DNA of 64,000 nt, taken from the IMG/VR virus record IMGVR_UViG_3300028394_000041, positions 32,001 to 96,000 of that record, one strand, 5' to 3'. Both the position numbers and the translations under genes were made by a program. The stretch comes from a virus. Below are positions 48,263 to 58,430 of this stretch, piece by piece. Position 1 is the first letter of the stretch. The number at the start of each line of letters is the position of its first letter. The notes under the pieces were generated by a model. That model did not search any database and was not told the DNA's origin. It saw only the letters and a list, made by a program, of their open reading frames with translations.

Positions 48263-51200
48263 TTATCTAACCTTCTTGTAAACAGAACTACTTAACATTC
48301 CGCCTGGTCTTTGTTGATCTGTAATAACTTTAACAACCTCAGTTTTGATTTTATCTGATAATTCTTTAGCTTGTTTCTCGGACGCTAATCTATTAGATCT
48401 TAATTGATTACCTGAGTTTGAATTACCCGCGTCCTCCGATACATTTCCAGATTGGTCAATACTAATAGATATGTTAATATTATTTGAAATTTCCCCAGCG
48501 GTTGTAGCTTCGGATTTTTTAGATCCTAAAATTCCAAGATCATTACCATCATCTGGAGAAACCATTCCACCAGATGCAAACTTTTTCATTCTTCCAGAAT
48601 TTATATTATCAAAGAATTTTTTCCCATAATGGTTGACTGAATCTTTTCTAATAACGTATTCTCCACCCATTAATAAAGCTGGAACATCATCTTTGCCAGT
48701 ATTTCCGCCTTTAGCAAAACCAATCATTCCTCCATTTGCTCTATTATAGACTGAATATGGACTCGTCCCTCCTCCTCCGATTTGACCCAGCCCAGCTCCA
48801 TATACTTTAGCTTGATTATACTGAGACATAGTAGGAGGCGGAGCACTTAATCTTCCAGAATTTCCTAAATTCAAGGCAGAGGTTCCGTAAGAAGATGGAG
48901 ATGCCATTGGAGCAGTAGCTGATAATCTAGAATTAGAAGCAGATGGAAGATTTAATTTTTGATTAGCGGCTTGGGTAGGAGATAGTCTTCCAGAGTTTCC
49001 TAAGTTTAAACCTGATGTCCCTGAGTCTCTTGGGCTACTTGGAGAGAATAATCCATTCCCAGCAAGAGCTTGTCCCAATAATCCTCCACCAACTGCCATA
49101 CCAGCAGAAAGTAATCCTCCCCAAAATATATTGTCTTGTTGTTTTTTATAATTATCTTGAGCCTCTTTGTTCATTTGATCTACTCGAGATCTATTTTCTA
49201 AATTATTTCTAATAGTATCTATAGCAGCATCTCTATTATTATAATATATGCCAATTCCTTCAGCAAGATAATCAATCAAACGACTTTTTTTATCTTGAAT
49301 TATTTTATTTTGAGGATTGTTTGGATCTTCCCTAGCGAGATCTGATAATCTTGGATCTAAAATATTTGTACCGCTACTTGCAAAGTCTGAATCATAATTA
49401 TAAACATTTCCTAATTCAAATCTTGCTCCTCCCCCAAATGCACTTGATAAATCTTCTGTTAATGAATTTCTATCAGAAAAAGATATATCATTTCCAGCAA
49501 GCATATCATTAATTGTATTTTGAAAAGCTTTAGCCATTTCTTTAGTAATGATTCTACCTTGTGCTTCTTTTCCTGCAATTATTAACGGATCTACTTTAGC
49601 GTTTGTGAGCATGTTCTGTATGCTTGATTCTGGAGGATTATAATTCGCATATCCTCCGCCAGCCATTTGAACAACTCCACCTTCATTTAATTTTTGTAAG
49701 AATCTATCTCCATATTTATTTACAGAAGATTTTTTAATAACATATTCTCCCTTTCCTAATGCAGCTGGAACATCGTCTTTTGTTCCAGATCCGCCCATTA
49801 CTTTTCCTCCATTAGAAAATCTTTGTATTCCACTAGACGTAACCATTCCACCATTAGCTCCGCCAAGTGGATTTTTAAATGCAGAAGGTATTCCGCCAAT
49901 GCTACTAAATAAAGAATTAAATATAGAATTCGTCGCCATTTGTAAAGCTAATTGTTGAATTTTATTAGCTATATTTAAAGCCATAGTTCTAAATGCATCA
50001 TCCACGGTCTTAGTTCCATCAATTACAGATTGAAAAGCGTTATTAAATTCAGATTTCATTGTTCGAGCTGTATCAACAAAAGTTGAATTAACGTCTCTAG
50101 CCATGTCTTGAGTACCATAAGTCATTTCTTCTGAAAAAGCAGCAAATGGATCACTTGGTTTAAATTTTTTCTCTCTAATTCTTGCAGTTCTTTCTGCTTC
50201 TCCAGCAGATTGAAGTTCATCCGCAAATACACTACCTTCTTTTGCGCCAGCTATTGCGGCTAATTTGTTTGCTAATAATGGAGCTACTCTATTTAAAGCT
50301 TCAAGATTGCCTTTGTATTCTTCTTCTAATTTCCTTAATTGCTCTGCTAAGGCTGACTTTGCATCTTCTCTTGCGGAGGCTGTATAGACGCTTTGATTTA
50401 ATCTATCGAAACCATTTTGCAATAACGCAGAAGAATTTTGAATTTCTTGATTTTTATTTTTATAATCTGAGATATCTCTTGTTGTAACGCTACCCTCATT
50501 AATTTTTGAAATCATTCTTTCTTGTTGAAGAATTGCTTGATCAATTAATTTCCTCTTTGTCTCTGGATCAAAAATCCCTTCATTAATAGCGTTTATTGTT
50601 TGGGCTCCAGTATTTTTAACTATCTCTTGAAAATCAATTTTATTTGTTTTGCCCATTTGTCTTAAATCTAAACCTTGGAAAGCCCCTGCACCCATATCAG
50701 CTTGAGCCTTTGATAAAGCTATTGAATTTAAATCTTTTCTAGAAGTCCTTCCTTCTGCCGCTTGAGCTACCCCTAATAATCCAAGTTTTGCAGCTTCAGC
50801 AGCTTTTGCTAATCCAGCTGTGTCATCTCCATATTGTTTTCTTAAGCCTATTTCTATTTCCCTATATCTATTAAGAGTCTCTTCTCTCAAAGATGCGCTT
50901 GAAATATTTTTGGCAAGATCACCCAGATTTGTACTAGAAATTGAAGAAGATAAGGCTGTTCTTTCTGCTGCAGCACTTATTTTAGCTAGTGCAATTTCGT
51001 AAGGAACACCAGCGTTAGTCATTGCTTCTAATTCTTTAACAAATTCTTCTTGGAATTTTTTTGCTTCGTTTTTTCGTTTTTCTTCATCAACAGTGCCACT
51101 GGCTATTTTACCCAAAGTTTCTTGAACTGTTTTCCCTAAGATTGAATTTATTTGAGTATCTTTAAATGAAGTATCCTTAAACAAATCTTGAAAATTACCA

Positions 51201-54200
51201 TTTTTTAAATTACTTAAAGCGGCTTGTCTTTTTTCAGAAGCAAGTGTATCTCCAGCACCATTTCCAGGAGTAAATAATTGATTTAAATTCTGAGATAATT
51301 GAGAAAAATTAAATAATTTATCTCTTATATTTTGTAATGTTTGAGCAACTAGCTCTCCTTGTGATCCAAGGTTTTTAAATTCTTCTATAATCTTTTGTAT
51401 TTTATCTTTTGGATCTCCATCTCCCTCTAAAATCATTTTAAATGTATCTTTAATATCTGCGCCATTTTTCTTGGTAACATCTTTAGATTCTACTAATCCA
51501 TCAACAAAAACATTTAATTCTTCATTAAAATTTTGTAAATTCTTAGCTGCAAGTTCCGAAGCTAATACTTGAGAAGCAATTTGTTTTTTTGTTTCTTCAG
51601 ATTTTGTGGCAAAATCTCTTCCTACTCCTTTAGGTAAAGCTTTAACTGGATCAAGAAGGCTATTAAGTTCATTGCCTAAAGAAGCTTCAGTGCTAACATA
51701 TTTTGCTGATCTTTCTAGCTCTTTAACTCTTTTACTTATATCTTCTTGACTAAAAGGAAGAGCTCCAGTTGACATAACACTTTTAGGTCCATTTTCAATT
51801 TTTGAAACATTAAATCCAAAATTATCTTGAAAGCCTTTGGAAGAGTCCTCTAAATCTTTTAATCCTTTTGATGTCGTAAATGAAACTAATTCAACGGCAT
51901 TCGCATATCCAGTTAAAGATTGCATTAATTTTTCATTATTGATTACTAATTCAGCAAATGTGTCGCCAGATCTAGTACGAAGTCTAGAAAATGCAGATAT
52001 ATTTTCATCAAATGTATCTTTTAATTTTCCTTCTTCTTTGAGCCTAACCACAGAGCTTGTAAAATCATCTATACTTTTTGCTGATTCTTTTGCTACCGTT
52101 GCTCTTCCTAAAGCTTCTCTAAGCGTTTCTTCATTTCCACTCTCTAATGCATCTTTAATTTGATTTGTTATTTCTGGTCCAGCGCTATTAAATATTTTTG
52201 CTAAAGAATTTGCTTGATTTTTTTCAACTCTTTGCAATTCAGCGCCCGTTCCTTTTATTTCTCCGCTTCTTAATCCTTCTGCTTGACCTTTAGAAATTAA
52301 AAATCCTTGTACATCTTCACTAAATCTAGCTAAATCATTTCCTGATTTTTCAGCTTGTTTTAAAAATTCATTAGCTCTACTATTTATAATATCAAGAGCT
52401 TTTTTAAAACCTATAATACTTCCAACTAAACCTCCAATTACAATTCCAGGAGTACCAAATAAAGCACCTAAACCAGCAAAACTTGCAGCCGTACCAATTC
52501 CTTCTGCTGCTCCAGCGGCAACCTTACTCTGAGGATTAAATTGAGCAAATGTTTGAGCAGCGATTGGTGCGCCTATACTCAATCCAATTCCAACGTTTTG
52601 TAATCTACCTAAAGCTTGACTTCTTGCATTTTGAGCTCTTTCAAGACCTCCTCTTGCAATCTCACCTCTAGTTCCTCCTGCAGCAGCTCTTGCTTCTAAT
52701 TCTGTGAGCGCTCTTCTTCCTCTTAATAAACTTGATGATTGAACTACTAATGCTTCAGTTTCAATATTTAATTTTTGATTTAATTGAGAAGCTCTACTTA
52801 ATTGAGTTTCTACTTTTCCTCCTGCAGCATCAATTAAACGATATTGATTTGTTAATTTAACTAATTCTTTATTTGCATCATCTAAGGATATTTTACCAGT
52901 AAAAACACTTCGAATTAATTGTTGAATTGCTACGACTGCTTCTTTTTCTGCGGGTTCAATTATACTGATTGGCATGCCGTTAGGCGCAGAACCAATATTA
53001 GTAATTTTTTGTAAAGCGAAATTTGGTATAAATCCAGAACTAAAAGCGCCAGATGTTTTTGCTTGGTCTATATTTTTTTTACTTGCAATTCCCTGCTGTA
53101 ATCCAAAAGGTTCATCTTGAGTATTATAAACTCCTAATCCAAGTGGATTATTAGAACCTATTAATTTATTACTTCGGTCAACTCTTATTTTAGACTTTGG
53201 TACTCCAGCAGATACTTCCCTAGAGACTGCCTCTTGTAGTGCTGAAAAATTAGGTACAAATCCTCCAGCAGCCAATCTTGGTTTTGGTAGTTTTGGATCA
53301 CTTTTAACAATAGCGTCTCTATAAGCTTTATCAATTATTTCTCGGGCTTGCGTAGTTGTTATTGTCCTCTTTGCGTCTGCACGTAAAACCGCTGGCTTAA
53401 ATTGAAATTTATCATTAAACGCGGTAGCTGGAGGAGAAGATTCCTCAAAATCAAACGGTTTTTGAGCCGTATTTTGATCAAAAGCTTTTTCTAAACCTCC
53501 TCCTTTTTTTGTACCTAAATTTACCGCTGCTTCAAAAATTGATCCTTCGGTGCCTCCTGGGAAAAGATTAATTCCAGGTTTTCTAGTATTAGAAGCAAGT
53601 GTAGCTCTAAATTTTGGATCTGGACTTAAAGGCCCAAAAATCTCATCGGCCAGTTTAGCAAGCGGATCAATAAATAATTTATTGATTTCTGTAGAAAAAG
53701 TACCTTGATTTTTAATTTTTTGACTATTTTTTAAATCTTCAAGCGTTCTAGCTTGCATTCCTTCGAATCTTACGGATCTTGGGTCTTTTGGATAACCTAA
53801 TGTTTTAAATGAAGTTTCAGGATTTACAGTACCTCTTATTCCGCCTACCCCAACTATACCTAATTTACTTGCATCATAAACAACAGTTTCTCCTTTTGCT
53901 CCTGTGGTTTTTTTAGAAGGATTAATTTTAATAGCATTTATTTCTTTTTGAATTTCTGGTGTTATTGTATAATTTCTTTTTTTAATTAAATCTTCAACAT
54001 CTATTTTTTCTTTTTGAGCTTCACTAAATAAACTTTGTGCGGATTGTAAACTATTTTTAGCAAAATTAGGTATAAACCCACTACTAGCATATGGATTAAA
54101 TCCATGAGTGCTTTCAAAACTATTTTCGTAATTTTTTCCAGCTGCACTTGCTTGAGGAGGCATAATTGCTGGTTGTGCCATCCCTGGAAATTTTTTAATT

Positions 54201-55942
54201 GTTTCTGCTGAATTATAAATTATTCTTCCTGAGCCTGGCATATTCATTTCTTTTACTTGTCCAGGTTTATATCCTCCCGCTAAAGCTCCATAAATTTCTG
54301 ATAATGCAAAATTAGGTATAAATCCAGAACTTTTTGTTGTTATTTGGCCTTTGCTAACACCTACTCCTTTTCCTAAAAGACCAGTTGTAACAGAATTAGA
54401 TAATGTTGTGGCTTGAGCTCTTAAAGCATTTTGTTCTTGTAAAATTCTTAATATTTTAGTTTCAACATCTAATACGGTAATTTGCTTGCTATTAATTGCA
54501 GCTAAAAGTTCTGGTTCTCTTAATAAAACGTCATTAATTTTAGATTGAAGTTGAGCACGAATTGCTGTTTGATCATTAATTCCCAATAAAGCTTTTACTC
54601 CAGAGCCAGCAAATTTAGCCAAATCTAAAGATAATTTTCCTATAACAGCAGTAATTAAAACTATGCCTGGCCCAGATATAAAAGTAGATAATCCCTTAAG
54701 TATTCCTCCTCCAAGTTTTGCGCCAACGCCTTCAGAATCTTGATTATTAATAGCTTCTAATAATTTATTAACATTTTTTAATGTGCCTTCTATAGCTGGT
54801 TGAAGCGCTCCAGATCCAACTGTTGATCCAATTTGAGTAACATTTTGTAATGTAGCGTTAAATAACGAAGATAAAGTTTGATTTAATGCTTCGTTTCTTT
54901 TTATGGCTTCATTTGTTGAGCTAGCAGAAGTTTGTAAAGCTCTATCATATACAGAATATTCTTTTCCTAAATCTCCTAAAGCAGCTTTTAATACGTTTAT
55001 TTGAAACACGCCACCGACAAGTTCTCCAGTTTGAGATTTTTGAGAATCACTTAATCCGTCAAATGTTGTAGCTAACTCTTTTAATATTGAAATAGCAGGC
55101 AAAGTATTTCCTTCTAAATCTCTAACGTTTAATCCCAAAGACTGTAATTGATCTAACACTTCTGTTCTTTGAATTCTTGTAAAAATTGTTTTTAAAGAGT
55201 TTCCAATAACTGCTCCACCTCGCGCTGTTGTTTGTTGCACACTAGTTACAATACCAATTAATTCATCAAATCCAACGCCAGCATCTTGAGCAGAACTTCC
55301 TACTCGCTGCAACGCGTTAACTAAATCGCCAGAACTTACAGCAAACGCGGCATCAACATTAGCCAATTTATTAACAATACCTGTAGAGTCTAACGCTGTT
55401 TTATTAAAACTGTTTATTGTGGCGGTAAGAGCTTCAACTGCACTATTTGCATCTAAACCGCTTAAGCGAGTCAAAATTAAAGCATCGCTTGTTCTTTTTA
55501 ATGTTTCTTCTACTCCAAGACCTTGACGAGCTAATTCTGTTGCTGCTACTGCAACGGTTTGAAATGATTGTCCTGTATTTTTAGCTATATCAAATAAAGT
55601 AGCTCCGAATTTGCTTAATCCTTCTGTGCTTGTATTTAATATAACATTTATATCTGCTAAAGACTTTTGCACATCAATTGAGCTTTTAATTAGGTCTATA
55701 AAAGCCTTTTCTACAGTATATATCAATCCTGCACTAGCTCCGAACGCAATAACGCGAGCATTGGAAGCATCTAATGATTTTTGAAATTCATTTGCTGCAC
55801 CAGTGATTCTACCTAAAGGTTGGGTAAAGGCTTTTTCATTCAATCCCTTCAATTTAAAGTCTTTAGATAAAGCGCTTTGAATATCTCTTTCAAGTTGCCT
55901 TGTATCCGCACCTATTGAAATTATGCCACCTGTTCTAGCCAT
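48263..55942 (-). CDS. Tape measure protein (TP901-like N-terminal domain) with internal cargo modules
   Basis: ELARQGL, LTATINSF, KLANVDA.FAVS..DL, GNSLKTIF.R, long Ala/Gln-rich helical body, two C-terminal DDVPA.L..GEYVI modules. SD GAAGGAG upstream. Confidence 0.93.
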   Translation of the reverse strand: MARTGGIISIGADTRQLERDIQSALSKDFKLKGLNEKAFTQPLGRITGAANEFQKSLDASNARVIAFGASAGLIYTVEKAFIDLIKSSIDVQKSLADINVILNTSTEGLSKFGATLFDIAKNTGQSFQTVAVAATELARQGLGVEETLKRTSDALILTRLSGLDANSAVEALTATINSFNKTALDSTGIVNKLANVDAAFAVSSGDLVNALQRVGSSAQDAGVGFDELIGIVTSVQQTTARGGAVIGNSLKTIFTRIQRTEVLDQLQSLGLNVRDLEGNTLPAISILKELATTFDGLSDSQKSQTGELVGGVFQINVLKAALGDLGKEYSVYDRALQTSASSTNEAIKRNEALNQTLSSLFNATLQNVTQIGSTVGSGALQPAIEGTLKNVNKLLEAINNQDSEGVGAKLGGGILKGLSTFISGPGIVLITAVIGKLSLDLAKFAGSGVKALLGINDQTAIRAQLQSKINDVLLREPELLAAINSKQITVLDVETKILRILQEQNALRAQATTLSNSVTTGLLGKGVGVSKGQITTKSSGFIPNFALSEIYGALAGGYKPGQVKEMNMPGSGRIIYNSAETIKKFPGMAQPAIMPPQASAAGKNYENSFESTHGFNPYASSGFIPNFAKNSLQSAQSLFSEAQKEKIDVEDLIKKRNYTITPEIQKEINAIKINPSKKTTGAKGETVVYDASKLGIVGVGGIRGTVNPETSFKTLGYPKDPRSVRFEGMQARTLEDLKNSQKIKNQGTFSTEINKLFIDPLAKLADEIFGPLSPDPKFRATLASNTRKPGINLFPGGTEGSIFEAAVNLGTKKGGGLEKAFDQNTAQKPFDFEESSPPATAFNDKFQFKPAVLRADAKRTITTTQAREIIDKAYRDAIVKSDPKLPKPRLAAGGFVPNFSALQEAVSREVSAGVPKSKIRVDRSNKLIGSNNPLGLGVYNTQDEPFGLQQGIASKKNIDQAKTSGAFSSGFIPNFALQKITNIGSAPNGMPISIIEPAEKEAVVAIQQLIRSVFTGKISLDDANKELVKLTNQYRLIDAAGGKVETQLSRASQLNQKLNIETEALVVQSSSLLRGRRALTELEARAAAGGTRGEIARGGLERAQNARSQALGRLQNVGIGLSIGAPIAAQTFAQFNPQSKVAAGAAEGIGTAASFAGLGALFGTPGIVIGGLVGSIIGFKKALDIINSRANEFLKQAEKSGNDLARFSEDVQGFLISKGQAEGLRSGEIKGTGAELQRVEKNQANSLAKIFNSAGPEITNQIKDALESGNEETLREALGRATVAKESAKSIDDFTSSVVRLKEEGKLKDTFDENISAFSRLRTRSGDTFAELVINNEKLMQSLTGYANAVELVSFTTSKGLKDLEDSSKGFQDNFGFNVSKIENGPKSVMSTGALPFSQEDISKRVKELERSAKYVSTEASLGNELNSLLDPVKALPKGVGRDFATKSEETKKQIASQVLASELAAKNLQNFNEELNVFVDGLVESKDVTKKNGADIKDTFKMILEGDGDPKDKIQKIIEEFKNLGSQGELVAQTLQNIRDKLFNFSQLSQNLNQLFTPGNGAGDTLASEKRQAALSNLKNGNFQDLFKDTSFKDTQINSILGKTVQETLGKIASGTVDEEKRKNEAKKFQEEFVKELEAMTNAGVPYEIALAKISAAAERTALSSSISSTNLGDLAKNISSASLREETLNRYREIEIGLRKQYGDDTAGLAKAAEAAKLGLLGVAQAAEGRTSRKDLNSIALSKAQADMGAGAFQGLDLRQMGKTNKIDFQEIVKNTGAQTINAINEGIFDPETKRKLIDQAILQQERMISKINEGSVTTRDISDYKNKNQEIQNSSALLQNGFDRLNQSVYTASAREDAKSALAEQLRKLEEEYKGNLEALNRVAPLLANKLAAIAGAKEGSVFADELQSAGEAERTARIREKKFKPSDPFAAFSEEMTYGTQDMARDVNSTFVDTARTMKSEFNNAFQSVIDGTKTVDDAFRTMALNIANKIQQLALQMATNSIFNSLFSSIGGIPSAFKNPLGGANGGMVTSSGIQRFSNGGKVMGGSGTKDDVPAALGKGEYVIKKSSVNKYGDRFLQKLNEGGVVQMAGGGYANYNPPESSIQNMLTNAKVDPLIIAGKEAQGRIITKEMAKAFQNTINDMLAGNDISFSDRNSLTEDLSSAFGGGARFELGNVYNYDSDFASSGTNILDPRLSDLAREDPNNPQNKIIQDKKSRLIDYLAEGIGIYYNNRDAAIDTIRNNLENRSRVDQMNKEAQDNYKKQQDNIFWGGLLSAGMAVGGGLLGQALAGNGLFSPSSPRDSGTSGLNLGNSGRLSPTQAANQKLNLPSASNSRLSATAPMASPSSYGTSALNLGNSGRLSAPPPTMSQYNQAKVYGAGLGQIGGGGTSPYSVYNRANGGMIGFAKGGNTGKDDVPALLMGGEYVIRKDSVNHYGKKFFDNINSGRMKKFASGGMVSPDDGNDLGILGSKKSEATTAGEISNNINISISIDQSGNVSEDAGNSNSGNQLRSNRLASEKQAKELSDKIKTEVVKVITDQQRPGGMLSSSVYKKVR

Positions 55943-55962
55943 TCCTTGCTCCTTCTACAATA

Positions 55963-55968
55963 TTACAC
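55963..55968 (-). promoter_or_regulatory. GTGTAA element upstream of the tape measure gene
   Basis: TTACAC on the + strand; the 20-nt leader contains GAAGGAGCAAGGA. Confidence 0.6.
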
Positions 55969-56012
55969 AGTATTTAATATTTATGATAGCTTTAACCTAT
56001 CTTATTACAGTT

Positions 56013-57014
56013 TTACTCCCCATGTAGCTTCATAAGATCTTGCATAGTTAATACTCCACCTTTTTTCTCTGCAACGTCATGTAACGAGATAACATTTTTA
56101 TCTGCACCAATTTTAGCTAAATCTTCTTTTTTAGCACCAATAATCGAAGTAGATACTGTTCCATCAGTTTTTTGAGTATCATTCTTTTCTATCATTTCAT
56201 CTGCATTTTTACCAGTTTCTAGCCATTCTATAAGCTTATCTGGATCATTATAATAATCTTCTGGTGGAGTATGTTTAGAATTAGATACTATATTTTTAAA
56301 GTACCTAGCAAAACTAAATATTTCCATTTGATAAAAGGTTAAATCTATAATAGGTTTTCCATATAGATAATACGGATTTTCTGGGCTTAAATTAAATAAA
56401 TTAAGATAAAAAGAAGATAATGCAATTTTCTTTAAATTTTGTTCTGAAAACCTTATATTAACTTTATTGTAAATGAACACTAATTTTGTTATATCAAAAT
56501 TCTCAAGCTCTTCGAACTCTTCTTGAGAAAAAAACTTTTCATTTAAATTTATGTCTTTATATACAGATATAAACATAAAATATTCATTTATTTTTTTATT
56601 TGCATAGTCTTCTACTGTAAAGCCCAATAACTCAGTAAATTCGTGCAACAAGGCTTTTAAATCTTTTTCTTCTTGTTCGATAGACTTATTTATATATTTG
56701 ATATCTTCAATTTTAAATACTTTATTTTTGGTTTGTTTAAGGGAGGATATACTTTTTTTGATCTTATCTATCTTTTCGTTCTTCTCTAAAGACCAAAGAT
56801 TTTCTTTAATCAAATACTTTTCTTTTTCTTTTTTGGTCGGCAAACCGCTGTGTATTGCTCTTTTTTCAAAATCTTGCTTTTTATAATCTATATCGCCCGA
56901 ATTGATTGTAGTATTATGCTTTATATATAGGTCATGTTTTTCATAATTAGTTTTAGAAAAACCCTTTAATATATCTATAAAAGTAAGCTTTAAATTACTT
57001 TCACTATTTTCCAA
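56013..57014 (-). CDS. Hypothetical protein, possible tail assembly chaperone
   Basis: Position immediately upstream of the tape measure gene; coiled coil; TTG start. Confidence 0.5.
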   Translation of the reverse strand: MENSESNLKLTFIDILKGFSKTNYEKHDLYIKHNTTINSGDIDYKKQDFEKRAIHSGLPTKKEKEKYLIKENLWSLEKNEKIDKIKKSISSLKQTKNKVFKIEDIKYINKSIEQEEKDLKALLHEFTELLGFTVEDYANKKINEYFMFISVYKDINLNEKFFSQEEFEELENFDITKLVFIYNKVNIRFSEQNLKKIALSSFYLNLFNLSPENPYYLYGKPIIDLTFYQMEIFSFARYFKNIVSNSKHTPPEDYYNDPDKLIEWLETGKNADEMIEKNDTQKTDGTVSTSIIGAKKEDLAKIGADKNVISLHDVAEKKGGVLTMQDLMKLHGE

Positions 57015-57050
57015 TTAAATTACCCCACTTTCTTTATTGGGTTTTTTAAC

Positions 57051-57833
57051 TTATGGTTTAACTTCTTCTGGATTAGGAACGGTTTTAGGGTCTGTCGCAA
57101 TCATATTCAGAAGCTTCTCAAACTCTTCTTGGCTTGAGGCCCGACCAGTATACCAAAAACTTATAAGATAGATTAATTTAGCTAACGCTTGTTTTTCCCA
57201 AGAATTTTCTGGACCGTCTTCTATAGAGTCGTAAGCCGAAAGTTTTTCTTCAAAAGAAGCGCCGCTAAATAAATTTTCATATGTCTTATCTTTATTTTCT
57301 AATAAACTAAGCTGAAGAACCCACCACATTATAGTTTTATTTCTTGCTCTATTTTCTGCGGTTTGATCAAATAGGCTCGCTTGAGCGAATTCATAGTCTT
57401 GAAGCTTTTCTTTATTTTTTGATATTTCCCTTAATAAATTTTTATAGTCACTACGCTCTTCTTCTGTTCTTGAGGCTTCTTCTTTTAATGAAAGTTTTTG
57501 GAATTGGGTTTGTGTATCAAATAAAGACACATACAATTTAGTATATTCTTCTTTATCTAATTCACTGAAAATGCCGCCATCGTTACTAAACCTTTTGGCT
57601 AGTAAAGCTCTTGTAAGTAATCCAGCCTTTATACCTTCTGATAATTTTACTCCATAAAATAACTCAGCTTCATCAAATAAACTTCTGGTGGGCTTTTTTA
57701 TAGCTAATTTAGCAGGTACATTCTTCTTTACTTTTTTAGTAATCTTGACCTCTTCGTTTTTTTCATTTTTTGATATTTCTACTTCGTCAACTTCTTCTTC
57801 TTTATTTATTTCAAATCCAAACATTATTTTCAT
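57051..57833 (-). CDS. Hypothetical protein, possible tail assembly chaperone
   Basis: Position between tail tube and tape measure genes; LAIKKPTR...EAE motif; coiled coil. Confidence 0.5.
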   Translation of the reverse strand: MKIMFGFEINKEEEVDEVEISKNEKNEEVKITKKVKKNVPAKLAIKKPTRSLFDEAELFYGVKLSEGIKAGLLTRALLAKRFSNDGGIFSELDKEEYTKLYVSLFDTQTQFQKLSLKEEASRTEEERSDYKNLLREISKNKEKLQDYEFAQASLFDQTAENRARNKTIMWWVLQLSLLENKDKTYENLFSGASFEEKLSAYDSIEDGPENSWEKQALAKLIYLISFWYTGRASSQEEFEKLLNMIATDPKTVPNPEEVKP

Positions 57834-58105
57834 ATTTTTTCTCCATTATTTTCAATTAAATTATTTAAATAGTCTTTTATTTTACCGTAGTAAACAACGC
57901 CACCAATTGTTTTGATGAACTTATGCTTCTTTTCATTATCCCAATTTTTATAATTTTTGATAAAGTTAAGTTTCTTTAACGCGATTAGATTTGGCTTTAA
58001 AATTCCAAAGTCGTCCTTTAGACTTTTTTGGATGCTTTGCACAGAAAGATTGCCTTCGATTATTTCATCTATAGAAAAATTATAATTTAGTCTCTTGGTT
58101 TTCAT
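57830..58105 (-). CDS. Hypothetical protein
   Basis: 91-aa ORF with ATGA overlaps at both ends. Confidence 0.65.
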   Translation of the reverse strand: MKTKRLNYNFSIDEIIEGNLSVQSIQKSLKDDFGILKPNLIALKKLNFIKNYKNWDNEKKHKFIKTIGGVVYYGKIKDYLNNLIENNGEKI

Positions 58106-58326
58106 TTGAGTGTTATATTAATCTTACTAAAGCTTTCTTCTATTTCTCTTACTGCGTCATTGGCGTTATCAAGAACTCTTTTGCGTATTTTTTGATAGGT
58201 TTCACTATTTATATTATAACCAGAATCACTTAAATCTTCAAGAATAAAAAAGAAACTTTTATATATACTTGTAATCTTTCTCTTTATCTGAAAAAGAGTC
58301 ATATCTTTTATAGGATCATTTTCCAT
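58102..58326 (-). CDS. Hypothetical protein
   Basis: 74-aa ORF with KIRKRVLD.AND motif, downstream of GTGTAA (58369-58374). Confidence 0.65.
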   Translation of the reverse strand: MENDPIKDMTLFQIKRKITSIYKSFFFILEDLSDSGYNINSETYQKIRKRVLDNANDAVREIEESFSKINITLK

Positions 58327-58375
58327 AATCTTTTACCTTTTGACCTTAAACCTTTAACCTAACATGTATTACACC

Positions 58376-58409
58376 AAAAAATAACCCCCGCTTACGCGAG
58401 GGTTATTTT
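58376..58409 (-). terminator. Rho-independent terminator after the major tail protein
   Basis: Minus strand AAAATAACCCTCGC-GTAA-GCGGGGGTTATTTTTT: GC stem, GNRA loop, U-tract. Confidence 0.85.
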
Positions 58410-58430
58410 AATTTAACTTAGTTTAACTTA

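Noticed and set aside
57015-57051. Programmed frameshift or readthrough joining the two chaperone-position genes (lambda G/GT style)
   Set aside because: The ORFs are in the same frame but separated by two TAA stops, the other frames also close, and the AAAAAAC run lies after the first stop.
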